From assembly GCA_016188425.1 (NCBI GenBank), contig JACPHX010000006.1:28585-92584 (forward strand): a stretch of 64,000 nt of DNA. Reading direction: 5' to 3'. The position numbers and the translations under genes are program-made. The notes beneath the pieces were generated by a model, which saw only the letters and a list, made by a program, of their open reading frames with translations, was not told the origin of the DNA and searched no databases. Positions 46,593 to 56,338 of the stretch are shown here, one piece after another (within the stretch, counting starts at the first letter, position 1; each line of letters opens with the position of its first letter). This stretch comes from Candidatus Uhrbacteria bacterium. GTDB lineage: Bacteria > Patescibacteriota > Patescibacteriia > UBA9934 > GWF2-40-263.

Positions 46593-48365
46593 TTATTCCA
46601 AGAACCCTCCCGACTGTATCTCCCACAACTTCCGATACGTCCCTCCTTTTGCAAGCAACTCCTGATGCGATCCTGATTCCACGACTTGGCCTTGGTCTAC
46701 GACGATGACTCGGTCCATCTTGAGGATCGTCGACAGGCGGTGCGCGATGACGACCGCGGTTTTGTTTTCCATGAGCTCGATGAAGGCCTCTTGGATAAGG
46801 TGTTCGGATTCGGAGTCCAGGGATGACGTCGCTTCATCGAGAACAAGAATGGGCGCGTCTTTGAGGATCGCGCGGGCGATGGCGACGCGCTGGCGTTCAC
46901 CGCCGGAGAGTTTTATGCCACGCTCGCCCACCGGCGTGTTATATCCGTCGGGCATGTCCGTGATGAAGTCGTGGCAACGCGCTTCCTTGGCCGCCTGGAT
47001 GACTTCCTCGTCGGTCGCGTCGCGGCGGCCGTAGCGGATATTTTCCATGAGGGTGCGGTGGAACAAGATCGACTCTTGCGGGACGAGCGCGACTTGTTGA
47101 CGGAGACTCTCTTGTGTGACGCGCGCGATGTTCTGGCCGTCGATGAGGATGCGACCCTTCTGTAGGTCATGGAAACGCATCAGCAACTTCACAATGGTTG
47201 ATTTGCCCGCTCCAGACGAACCCACGATCGCCACCTTTTCCTTGGGACGGATGCTCAAATTGAACTGGTCGAGGACCTTCCGTTTGTTGGTATAAGCGAA
47301 GACGACATCCTGGAAATCGATGCGGGCGTTTTTCACCTTCAAAACATCCGCCCCGCGACGGTCGCGGATCTCCTGGGGCATCTTGATGATCTCCACCATC
47401 TCTTTGGACTGGGCCACTGCCTCGTACAAGCGACGCACCATCTTTCCCAGGTCGCCGCTGCGCCAGAAGAGAACCGTGAGATACCCTTGGAACAGCGCGA
47501 AGTCCCCGACCGTCAGCAGCCCCTTCTGCCAGAGGCCAACCGCGTAGTACAGCATGAAAAACTCGATCATGATGATGAGCCCCCATTGGATGGTTTGGTT
47601 CACCTCCGCGATGTTCCAGCTCAAGGTCTGCAGGCGGCGCAGGTCGTCGGTGCGATCCGCGAAGAGACGGCGCTCGTATCCTTGCCCGCCGAAAATCTTC
47701 ACGTTGAGGATGTTCGTCACGGCATCCGACGCGAGGCCGGTGACATCCGCGTCCGCCTTGGCGCTTGCTTCGTCGAATTTCGATTTGTACTTGAATACGT
47801 AGTGGTTCAGCACGGTGAGGACGACGAGCCACGCCAGCACCGCGCCGGAGATGAGCGCGCTCCTAGACCACATGACCACGATGGAACCAGTGACGAAGAT
47901 GAACAGCGGCCAGAGGTTCCAGATGATTTCCTCGGTAACGTCTTCGTAGGAGCGCGAGAGGCGGCGCAGCTTGCGGATCAGGGAACCGACGAACGTGTTG
48001 GCGAAAAACTTTGTCGAGTGGCCAAGGAGGGAGCTGAACCCCGTCCGTTCCAGGTCACGCATGACAAGCGGGGTCGTGTAATTCCAGAGCACGGTCGCGA
48101 CGCGGATGACGAGCCAGCCACCCACGTGGAAGACGAAGATAATGAGCAAGGAATGGATGAGCGCCTGCGCGACATCAGGCGTGGCTGCCGGCGCATCGTA
48201 GAGCGTATCGAAAAACTTCTTGTAATAAATGGGCGCGAACAAGCTCAACGCCTCCCCGATCCCTACCGCCGCGATGATGGCAAATTCCAACCAGAACACC
48301 TCGGCACGGTGCTTCAAAAAAAGCCGCCAGACATCTTGTGCTCTCACGCGGGGTTTCATGCGCAC
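46593..48365 (-). CDS. ABC exporter, fused permease/ATPase
   Basis: 6 TM; GSSGAGKS, LSGGERQR, ILVLDEATS. Confidence 0.96.
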   Translation of the reverse strand: MRMKPRVRAQDVWRLFLKHRAEVFWLEFAIIAAVGIGEALSLFAPIYYKKFFDTLYDAPAATPDVAQALIHSLLIIFVFHVGGWLVIRVATVLWNYTTPLVMRDLERTGFSSLLGHSTKFFANTFVGSLIRKLRRLSRSYEDVTEEIIWNLWPLFIFVTGSIVVMWSRSALISGAVLAWLVVLTVLNHYVFKYKSKFDEASAKADADVTGLASDAVTNILNVKIFGGQGYERRLFADRTDDLRRLQTLSWNIAEVNQTIQWGLIIMIEFFMLYYAVGLWQKGLLTVGDFALFQGYLTVLFWRSGDLGKMVRRLYEAVAQSKEMVEIIKMPQEIRDRRGADVLKVKNARIDFQDVVFAYTNKRKVLDQFNLSIRPKEKVAIVGSSGAGKSTIVKLLMRFHDLQKGRILIDGQNIARVTQESLRQQVALVPQESILFHRTLMENIRYGRRDATDEEVIQAAKEARCHDFITDMPDGYNTPVGERGIKLSGGERQRVAIARAILKDAPILVLDEATSSLDSESEHLIQEAFIELMENKTAVVIAHRLSTILKMDRVIVVDQGQVVESGSHQELLAKGGTYRKLWEIQSGGFLE

Positions 48366-48378
48366 ATTTTATCACGGA

Positions 48379-49443
48379 ACAAAACAAAAATCCCTTTTTA
48401 TCGCTGACGTTTCCGTCTCTGTTCATATCGCAACAACGCCTCTGGCGTAGAAACCCAATCCCTCCCCTCTTTGTGCGCTTCCAACTTTCCGGAGCGGGCA
48501 AGCAAATTCAAATATTTTGCCGAGTAGTCACTCTGCCTGCTGAGCGCCTCCAATGCAATGTATCGCTCGCTCTTTTTTGAAGTGGGGCTCAAAGCCCGCA
48601 GATACATATCCAAGGAGCGTTCCGCGCATTGCGCTATGAATCGAACAAGGGGTTCCTTTTTCCCCTCATCCGCTTGCGCAAGCACGCGATCATATTTCTT
48701 TCGATCGTTTTTTAACACGATCGTCAGCGGAAAACCCTCTCGAAGCAACAGTACGTTCATGAGCAGGCGAGAGGTGCGCCCGTTTCCATCAAAAAATGGA
48801 TGGATGGCGGTAAGTTGATGGTGCACCAGCGCGGCGAGCTCGATCGGGTGCAATTCGGTTTGCTGTTTGGTAATCCAGCGAACCAGCTCATGCATCATGC
48901 CGGAAACATCGGTCGCCTCAGGAGGGCGATGCTTCGCACCCGTGATCGCCACCGGGCCATTCCGATACACCCCCGCCCATTCCGGATCGTTCTTTTGCAG
49001 CACCAATTGATGCAACTGCCGAATCAACCGCTCGGAGACCGTCGCGCGATGATCTTTCGCGATCAGCTCATATAAAAACTCCAAAGCGAGCTGATGATCC
49101 TTCGCCTCCAAATGATCTTTCAACGGTTTCCCCTTAATTGTGATCCCCTCCTGGATAACCAGGAACGTCTCATGGAGCGTAAGACTGTTCCCCTCGATGC
49201 CATTTGAATTGTAGGTCATTTCAATTTGAAATTGCTCCTGCAATTTCTTCACGGCCGAGGAAGAAGCGGCCGAAGCGTATTCAATCGTTTCAGCTTTTCA
49301 TCGATCCTCTCTCGTAATTGCTCTGAGATAAGTGCCATAATCCTTAATATGGTTTACTTGCTTTTTGACACTATACCATATTAAGGAAAACAGCTCAATA
49401 CTCGCGATAACTCGTTCATCTTCACACAAAACAAAAATCCCTT
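48379..49443. mobile_element. Fic cassette bounded by an exact 18-bp direct repeat
   Basis: ACAAAACAAAAATCCCTT at 48379-48396 and 49426-49443. Confidence 0.6.
48398..49338 (-). pseudogene. Fic-family AMPylase with C-terminal HTH-like tail; 1-bp frameshift near 49262
   Basis: HPFFDGNGRTSR; SNGIEGN; ATG 49338 (SD AAGGA) is 86 nt from the in-frame GTG at 49252. Confidence 0.8.
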
Positions 49444-49654
49444 CCGCGCACATCACCAAAGTGACGAGCGAGGAAGGGATCCCGACCGGCGCGTTCAAGA
49501 CGATGAGCGTGTGGTGCCAATCGGGAACGAGATGGTAATTGAAGAATGCAGGAGTACCTCGTCACTGCCATGTGGCAGACAGCTATTGGGGAAAATGCCC
49601 AGCAAAATGAAGAAAGGATGGCTTTTCCTCCTTCAGCGGGATTCCCCAATAAGC
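49426..49654 (-). ncRNA. Candidate structured RNA or attenuator-like leader, family not recognised
   Basis: Upstream promoter, several stems (one closed by G-U pairs on this strand only), terminal hairpin plus U-tract. Confidence 0.5.
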
Positions 49655-49658
49655 TAGT

Positions 49659-49687
49659 AAAATAGCATAAAATGGGGGGTTTATCAA
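49659..49687 (-). promoter_or_regulatory. Sigma70-type promoter with extended -10
   Basis: TTGATA-17 bp (ending TGC)-TATTTT. Confidence 0.55.
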
Positions 49688-49857
49688 TCGGCGGGGATGG
49701 TTCGCAAGGGTTTCAAGGGTGACAAGAGTCTCAAGGGCATGTTTTTCCAAGTGCGCTTGCAACCCTTGAAACCCTTCCCCCTCCTTCCTTGACTTCCCCT
49801 CTCCTCTACGTAGAATCTCCTCCCATCGGGTACAATGTCCTCCAATAACCGCTCCAC

Positions 49858-52158
49858 ATGTACAAACTTCTCATCGTCGAGTCTCCGACAAAAGCCAAAA
49901 CGATTTCCAAATACCTCGGGAAGGACTACAGGGTCCTTTCTTCCTTTGGCCATGTCCGTGACTTGCCAAAAAACGAAACCGGGGTCGATACAGAGCATGG
50001 ATTCACGCCCACCTATATCGTCCCGGACAAGAGCAAAGGACATGTTGCAGAACTCAAAGCCGCTGCCAAGAACGCGAGCGAAATCCTCCTGGCGACCGAC
50101 GAAGACCGCGAAGGGGAAGCGATTGCCTGGCATATAGCCAGTATTCTGGATGTTCCCACCTCCAAAATGAAACGCATCACGTTCCATGAAATCACCAAGG
50201 CCGCGGTGGACAAGGCCGTGGAGCATCCGCGCGCCATCGATGAGAATCTGGTGAACGCCCAGCAGGCGCGTCGCATCGTCGACCGCCTGGTTGGCTACGA
50301 GCTCTCCCCTCTTTTATGGACCTTCGTGCAACGCGGGCTTTCCGCCGGACGCGTGCAATCCGTCGCGATGCGCATCATCGTGGAACGCGAGCGCGAACGC
50401 AATGCGTTTAAGAAAGATGAGTACTGGACGATCGATGCGATGTTTGCAAAAGACGCGCAGGAGTTTGAAGGAAAGCTTCAGTCCATCGATGGGAAGGCGC
50501 TGGAGAAACTGACGATCGGGAATGAGATAGACGCGAAAAAAATCGAGTCCGACCTTCAGGGGGCGACATACTCGGTCGCCAACATTGAAAAGAAGGAGGT
50601 AAAAAAATCCCCGGTTCCTCCGTTCACCACTTCCACGCTCCAAATCGAAGGCAACAACAAGCTTGGCTTCTCCGCGAAGCAGACGATGATGTACGCGCAG
50701 CACCTCTACGAAACCGGCCGCATCACCTACATGCGTACCGATTCGGTGAACATGTCCGATGCGTTCATCGACGCGACGCAAACGTACGCGAAAAAACATT
50801 TCGGTGAGGCGTATGTCACGGGGGGTCAACGGTACAAGACCAACAAGAAGGGCGCCCAGGAAGCCCACGAAGCGATCCGTCCTTCCAACGTCGAGGACTC
50901 CCCGCTCTCGCTCAAGAGTTCTTTGGTTGGCAATGAATGGAAACTCTACGACCTCATCTGGCGCCGCGCCGTGGGTTCCCAGCTTCCGCCGGCCGTCATG
51001 GAACGCACCGCGGTCGACATCAAAGCCAGGCAATACAACTTCCGCGCCAACGGCAATACCGTCGTCTTCGACGGCTTTACGAAAGTCTACCGCGCCGGAA
51101 AAGAAACCTTCCTCCCTCCGCTCGCGCTCGGCGACGCGGTCGATTTGAGGTCCCTCAAGCCAGAGCAGCATTTCACCGAACCTCCTCCGCGATACTCTGA
51201 CGCTTCCCTCGTCAAACTCCTTGAAGAGCATGGGGTCGGCCGTCCGTCGACCTACGCGCCGACCATCAGCACCGTGATCGACCGCGGATACGTCGAACGC
51301 GATGAACAGAAGAAGCTGTTCCCGACCGACACCGCCTTTGTGGTGAACGACCTCCTTGTTGCCCACTTCCCCTCAATCGTCGATATCGGCTTCACCTCCA
51401 AGCTGGAAGGCCAGCTCGACGAAGTCGCCGACGGCGAGCTCGCGTGGGTGCCGATGCTTGAGGCGTTCTACACTCCCTTCCATCAACAGATCGAAACGAA
51501 AAAAACCAATCTCAAACGCACGGACGCCATGAAGGAAAAAACGCTCGGCGATGACCCGGCAACGAAGCTCCCCATCTACGTGAAGACCGGCAAGTTTGGA
51601 ACGTACCTTCAAATCGGTGAGGCCGTGAAGGGACAACCGAAACCCAAATCCATCACGCTCCCTAAACCTTACTCCTACGAGACCGTCACCTTTTCCGATG
51701 CGATCACCTTCCTCTCCCTCCCGCGCGCGCTTGGGAACACAACCGAAGGCGAACCTATGGAAGCAACGATTGGCCGCTTTGGCCCTTACATCAAAGCAGG
51801 AAAAGTGAATGCGTCGATCCCGCCCGAGAAGGATCTCTTTGCGCTCACCCACGAGGAAGCGCTCCAAATCCTCAAAGACGCGATCGAGCTCAAGCGCCAG
51901 CAGACCACCCCCATGAATACGCTCGGCACAGACCCCGCCGGCGCCACTATCCTGGTCAAGAACGGCCGCTTCGGCCCGTATGTGACGGATGGGACGACGA
52001 ACTGCTCCGTGCCCAAGGCGATAGACCCGATGTCAATCACGCTCGAGAAAGCGCTGGACATGCTCCAAAAGAAGCGGGAGAAAGGGCCAAGCCGATGGGG
52101 GAACCGAGGAGGAGCGAAGAAGAAAGCGGAAGCGACAAAGAAGAGAAAGAAGGAATAA
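49858..52158 (+). CDS. topA: DNA topoisomerase I
   Basis: LLIVESPTKAKTI, ATDEDREGE, SAGRVQ, ITYMRTD; Topo_C repeats (GRFGPY). Confidence 0.98.
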   Translation: MYKLLIVESPTKAKTISKYLGKDYRVLSSFGHVRDLPKNETGVDTEHGFTPTYIVPDKSKGHVAELKAAAKNASEILLATDEDREGEAIAWHIASILDVPTSKMKRITFHEITKAAVDKAVEHPRAIDENLVNAQQARRIVDRLVGYELSPLLWTFVQRGLSAGRVQSVAMRIIVERERERNAFKKDEYWTIDAMFAKDAQEFEGKLQSIDGKALEKLTIGNEIDAKKIESDLQGATYSVANIEKKEVKKSPVPPFTTSTLQIEGNNKLGFSAKQTMMYAQHLYETGRITYMRTDSVNMSDAFIDATQTYAKKHFGEAYVTGGQRYKTNKKGAQEAHEAIRPSNVEDSPLSLKSSLVGNEWKLYDLIWRRAVGSQLPPAVMERTAVDIKARQYNFRANGNTVVFDGFTKVYRAGKETFLPPLALGDAVDLRSLKPEQHFTEPPPRYSDASLVKLLEEHGVGRPSTYAPTISTVIDRGYVERDEQKKLFPTDTAFVVNDLLVAHFPSIVDIGFTSKLEGQLDEVADGELAWVPMLEAFYTPFHQQIETKKTNLKRTDAMKEKTLGDDPATKLPIYVKTGKFGTYLQIGEAVKGQPKPKSITLPKPYSYETVTFSDAITFLSLPRALGNTTEGEPMEATIGRFGPYIKAGKVNASIPPEKDLFALTHEEALQILKDAIELKRQQTTPMNTLGTDPAGATILVKNGRFGPYVTDGTTNCSVPKAIDPMSITLEKALDMLQKKREKGPSRWGNRGGAKKKAEATKKRKKE

Positions 52159-52173
52159 AATCTTCTCTTCATC

Positions 52174-52208
52174 AAATAGGCGGGGTCCCCAGACCCCGCC
52201 TATTTTTT
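52174..52208 (+). terminator. Intrinsic terminator after topA (REP-like stem)
   Basis: AAATAGGCGGGGTC/GACCCCGCCTATTT followed by a T-tract. Confidence 0.75.
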
Positions 52209-52471
52209 GTGCATCGTTTTCGCAATACTCAGATCACTATAAACCACCACCCAATCCATCTTGCACACCACACCGAGAGCCGGTAGGTAATGGCTCCAAA
52301 TGACGTGTACGCCGGATCCGCATTCGTCACGAGCACCTCCGCCTCAAGCCCCCCCAGACCTTGTCCTTATCGCCAGGACTTTGTATGTTGGATGTATTGC
52401 TGTGGTTTTATTTTTCCCAAACCAACATTTCAACCCTTTCTCCCCTTTCCGCCCTTTCAGCCCTTGCTTTT

Positions 52472-53992
52472 ATGTCCGAAATCCTCCGCACCTACCCAGA
52501 ACTCGCGGCCCTCATCGAAAAACGGTACAAACAACCGGACCTTGATTTGGTTGCGCGCGCGTACCAGCTGGCCGCCAAGGCGCACGGGGACGAAAAACGG
52601 TCGTCTGGGACGCCCTACATCATCCATCCGCTCGCAGTGGCATACAAATTGGCAGATATGGGCATCCACCTCAATGTGGTCGCCGCAGGACTCTTACACG
52701 ATGTCGTGGAGGACACCGGCGTCACGCTCGAGGACGTACGAAGGGAGTTCGGAGATGACATCGCGATGCTGGTGGACAGCGTCACCAAGCTCAAGCATGT
52801 CCGCTACCAAGGGGTAGAGCGCTATGTCGAGAACATGCGCAAGATGTTCCTCGCCATGGCCAGCGACGTGCGCGTGGTGTTCATCAAGTTCGCCGACCGC
52901 CTCCACAACATGCAGACGCTCTACGCGATGCCCAAGCACACCCAGCAACGCACCGCGGCCGAGACGATGGAAATATACGCCCCGATCGCCGGACGTCTCG
53001 GCATGGGTGAATTCAAGGGGGAAATGGAGGACCTGTCGTTTGCGTATCTGCATCCAAAAGAATACGAACGGATGCAACGCATCATGCAGACGCGGGTCCG
53101 CGAAAAAGGGGTGTATGTAAGCCGCATCATCGACCATACGGAAAAACTCCTCGAAGGGTCCGGGGTCGTGGATGCGCAAGTGCATGGCCGCATCAAACGC
53201 CTGTGGAGCTTATACAAAAAACTGAATAAATATCACGACGAAATCTCCAAGGTCTACGATATCATCGCGGTGCGCGTCATCGTGAAGGATGTGGAGGAAT
53301 GCTATATCGTCCTTGGGATCATCCATCAAAAATGGCGTCCCGTCCCCGGCCGTATCAAAGACTATATCTCCCAGCCCAAACCCAACGGCTACCAATCGCT
53401 CCACACCACTGTCTTTGCCAGCGACGGGGAAATCGTCGAGTTCCAGATACGCACGACGGAAATGCACGACCAGGCCGAATACGGTATTGCGTCCCACTGG
53501 AGCTACAAAGAAGATGAAAAATCCCCCAAGCGCCTCAAATGGATGCAGGAACTCGCCTCATTGCAAAAGGCGCTCGATAACAAGAAAGAATTCCTCGACC
53601 AGCTCGAGCATATGAAAATTGACGTGTTCCGCGACCGTATCTTCGTCTTCACGCCCGGCGGCGACGTCATCGACCTCCCGGAAGGGGCCACGCCGGTGGA
53701 TTTCGCCTATGCGATCCACACCGATATCGGCAACGCATGCACGGCCGTCAAGATAAACACCGTCGTGAAAAACCTCGATACGCCGCTGCGTTCAAGCGAC
53801 ATGGTGGAAATCATCACGGACAAAAATCGCAAAAGCCCGAATGCGGATTGGTTGAAATTCGTCAAAACGCGCCATGCAGCCAAAAAAATCCAGGAGGCGA
53901 CAAAAATAGGCGTCAAACGGTGGTTTGTGAATGTCCTGCGCCGAGGAAAAAGGACGTCGGAAAAACAGCCGCCTGCTCATCAAACGCCATGA
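52472..53992 (+). CDS. rel: RelA/SpoT (p)ppGpp synthetase/hydrolase (HD + SYN + TGS, no ACT)
   Basis: LLHDVVED, ADRLHNM, YQSLHT, EFQIRT, TPVDFAY. Confidence 0.94.
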   Translation: MSEILRTYPELAALIEKRYKQPDLDLVARAYQLAAKAHGDEKRSSGTPYIIHPLAVAYKLADMGIHLNVVAAGLLHDVVEDTGVTLEDVRREFGDDIAMLVDSVTKLKHVRYQGVERYVENMRKMFLAMASDVRVVFIKFADRLHNMQTLYAMPKHTQQRTAAETMEIYAPIAGRLGMGEFKGEMEDLSFAYLHPKEYERMQRIMQTRVREKGVYVSRIIDHTEKLLEGSGVVDAQVHGRIKRLWSLYKKLNKYHDEISKVYDIIAVRVIVKDVEECYIVLGIIHQKWRPVPGRIKDYISQPKPNGYQSLHTTVFASDGEIVEFQIRTTEMHDQAEYGIASHWSYKEDEKSPKRLKWMQELASLQKALDNKKEFLDQLEHMKIDVFRDRIFVFTPGGDVIDLPEGATPVDFAYAIHTDIGNACTAVKINTVVKNLDTPLRSSDMVEIITDKNRKSPNADWLKFVKTRHAAKKIQEATKIGVKRWFVNVLRRGKRTSEKQPPAHQTP

Positions 53993-54837
53993 AGCGTCCG
54001 CAACAGCTCCACGAGCTCCTCGGGCGAATAATATTCGATTTCCACTTTCCCTTTCCCCCCCTTATCTGCAATCGTCACTTTTGTGCCGTATTTTTCACGT
54101 AACTGCTGTTCGTGCGCCAGGATGTTCGCACCTTTCTCTTGGATGAGGCGTGGATTCTTCCGATTCCCTGGAGACGAAGCAACCTTCGCCGCCATCGATT
54201 GCACCGTCATACCGCCATCAAGAAGACAGGCAAAGAGATGGTTCCGCTTGTCCGCATCAAGTTCCGAGAGCAGCGTGCGCCCCTGGGATTTGCTGATGCG
54301 CCCGTCGCGCACGGCCTCAACCATCTCGGGCGGGAGATCCAGAAGGCGCATCGTATTGGCGATGACCGGACGGCTCTTTCCCACCCGCGACGCGACTTGA
54401 TCTTGTGTGAGGTTGAATTCGTCGATGAGGGCGCGATAAGCGATCGCTTCTTCGATGGCATTCAAATCCTGCCGCTGGATGTTTTCGATAAGCGCCAGCT
54501 CCAATTTATCCTGCTCCCCCGCCTCACGCACGATTACCGGAATCGTCTTCTGCTGCGCGAGCTTGGAGGAACGCAAACGCCGTTCACCCGCGATCAGCTC
54601 GTACCGGCCGTCCATCTTTTTCGTCACGATGATCGGCTGCAACACTCCATGCTCTTTGATGGAGGCGACGAGGTTCTCCAAATCCTCCGGCGCAAAATCG
54701 TGCCGCGGCTGGCGCGGGTTAGGGTCGATCAGCATCGGGTCAACCTCAAGGATCTCCCGCCGCGACTGCGGGAGCACCTGTTCCGTCATCGTCTGCTTTT
54801 GCGGGATCAAGGAACCGAGGCCACGACCGAGAGCCAT
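53980..54837 (-). CDS. parB: ParB/Spo0J partition protein
   Basis: LGRGLGSLI, NPRQPR, AGERRLR, ENIQRQDL. Confidence 0.97.
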   Translation of the reverse strand: MALGRGLGSLIPQKQTMTEQVLPQSRREILEVDPMLIDPNPRQPRHDFAPEDLENLVASIKEHGVLQPIIVTKKMDGRYELIAGERRLRSSKLAQQKTIPVIVREAGEQDKLELALIENIQRQDLNAIEEAIAYRALIDEFNLTQDQVASRVGKSRPVIANTMRLLDLPPEMVEAVRDGRISKSQGRTLLSELDADKRNHLFACLLDGGMTVQSMAAKVASSPGNRKNPRLIQEKGANILAHEQQLREKYGTKVTIADKGGKGKVEIEYYSPEELVELLRTLHGV

Positions 54838-54983
54838 ATGGGTGAAAATTAAGGGCGCAAAGGGCGCAGGAGGTCCAAGGGGCGCAAGGGGAGGGATGAG
54901 AAACACGAAGTCGAAAGTGTAATGCGCGCTTGCTCGCCTATATTCCTGCGCCCCTTGGACCCCTTGCGCCTCTTGCGCCTTCC

Positions 54984-55751
54984 TTATCCTCCATCCTTCA
55001 TCAAAAACTCCTGCGCCAACCGTTCGTACGCGCGCGCGGCTTTTGAGTACTTATCATACCCCAAAATCGTCTTTCCAAACGAGGGGGCCTCGGCGAGACG
55101 GACGCTTCTTGGGATGACAGAGCGAAAGATGCGATTGGGAAAATACTTGTAGAGCTCTTCCAGGACTTCTTTGGAAAGCCGTGTACGCGAGTCGTACATG
55201 GTAATGACCGCCCCCATAACCACGAGTTCCGGGCGTAATCCACCCTGGATAAGACCGATTGTCTCCATCAGTTGTCCAAGCCCCTCAAGGGCGTAGTATT
55301 CCGCTTGAACCGGGATGAGAACGGAATCGGATGCAACGAACCCATTGAGCGTGATGAGACCCAGGGAAGGAGGCAGGTCGATGAAAATGTAATCGTAGTT
55401 GTTACGGATCTCCCGCAGGGCGTTACGGACGTACTGTTCTCGGTTCTCCGCCGTGACCAATTCGACCGCAGCCGCAGCGAGAGCCGCTGTAGAGGGGAGA
55501 ATGTGCAGACCTTCATGTGGTGTCTCATGGATGATATCCGCGGCCTTGCAACTCCCCGAGAGACATTCGTAAATCCCCTGCGTGAGCGCCTTATGGTCTA
55601 TCCCCAGCCCCGAAGATGCATTCGCCTGCGGATCCAAATCGACGACCAATACGAACTTCCCCAGTTCAGCCAAAAAAGCCGCCAAATTCACCGTGGTGGT
55701 AGTTTTCCCCACCCCCCCCTTCTGGTTCGCAACCGCAATCACATGTGCCAT
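54984..55751 (-). CDS. parA: ParA/Soj ATPase
   Basis: NQKGGVGKTTT, DLDPQANAS, LAEAPSFG. Confidence 0.97.
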   Translation of the reverse strand: MAHVIAVANQKGGVGKTTTTVNLAAFLAELGKFVLVVDLDPQANASSGLGIDHKALTQGIYECLSGSCKAADIIHETPHEGLHILPSTAALAAAAVELVTAENREQYVRNALREIRNNYDYIFIDLPPSLGLITLNGFVASDSVLIPVQAEYYALEGLGQLMETIGLIQGGLRPELVVMGAVITMYDSRTRLSKEVLEELYKYFPNRIFRSVIPRSVRLAEAPSFGKTILGYDKYSKAARAYERLAQEFLMKDGG

Positions 55752-55822
55752 ACGGGGGCATTATAGGAGAGAGGGAGGGAAAAGGGAATACAAAAACATT
55801 CTTCGTTGAAGAAGAATGTTTT

Positions 55823-55883
55823 TGGTAGCTGGGGTGGGAATCGCCAGGCGAAGCCTGGTCCGGCTCCGCCGGAAACCCACGAC
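55823..55883 (-). repeat. Duplicated tRNA(CAT) 3' fragment with a 30-bp double-hairpin insertion in the T-loop
   Basis: Matches 55926-55956 except for the insert at 55844-55873. Confidence 0.85.
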
Positions 55884-55925
55884 ATGGACATAATAAAACC
55901 CCTGTCATAAGACAGAGGTTTTATT

Positions 55926-56002
55926 TGGTAGCTGGGGTGGGAATCGAACCCACGACCTCGGGCTTATGAGTCCCGCGCTCTAACCGATTGAGCTACCCAG
56001 CC
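55926..56002 (-). tRNA. tRNA(CAT), elongator Met or Ile2
   Basis: Cloverleaf; CT-CAT-AA loop; base 1 pairs with base 72; CCA. Confidence 0.9.
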
Positions 56003-56010
56003 GCGCATCA

Positions 56011-56081
56011 TGTAGGGTGCACGGCAAGCCGTGGACCCGGTGGGGAGTACAACTGTTACATGGCGTGCCATGGACCCTACG
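56011..56081. repeat. Inverted pair of GTAG-type REP-like units
   Basis: GTAGGGTGCACGGCAAGCCGTGGACC and reverse GTAGGGTCCATGGCACGCCATG; single unit at 56427-56452. Confidence 0.6.
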
Positions 56082-56088
56082 TGGTCCG

Positions 56089-56175
56089 TGGTGCCGGAAG
56101 AGGGAATCGAACCCTCATGATGTTGCCATCGCAGGATTTTGAGTCCTGTGCGTCTACCAATTCCGCCATCCCGGC
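56089..56175 (-). tRNA. tRNA-Leu(CAA)
   Basis: Long variable arm; CAGGA-CT-CAA-AA-TCCTG; CCA. Confidence 0.96.
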
Positions 56176-56261
56176 ATGGTGACAGGATACTAACAAAATA
56201 TGAGGATCCGTGTCCAGGTGTTTTTCCTTGACATCCCCCCCTTCTTCCCCGATACTACCGG

Positions 56262-56338
56262 CGCGGGGTAGAGCAGCCTGGCAGCTCGTTTGGCTCATAA
56301 CCAAAAGGTCGTCGGTTCAAATCCGACCCCCGCAACCA
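56262..56338 (+). tRNA. Initiator tRNA-fMet(CAT)
   Basis: CGCGGGG...CCCCGCA-ACCA with C1:A72 mismatch; TTGACA-17-GATACT promoter upstream; terminator downstream. Confidence 0.92.
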
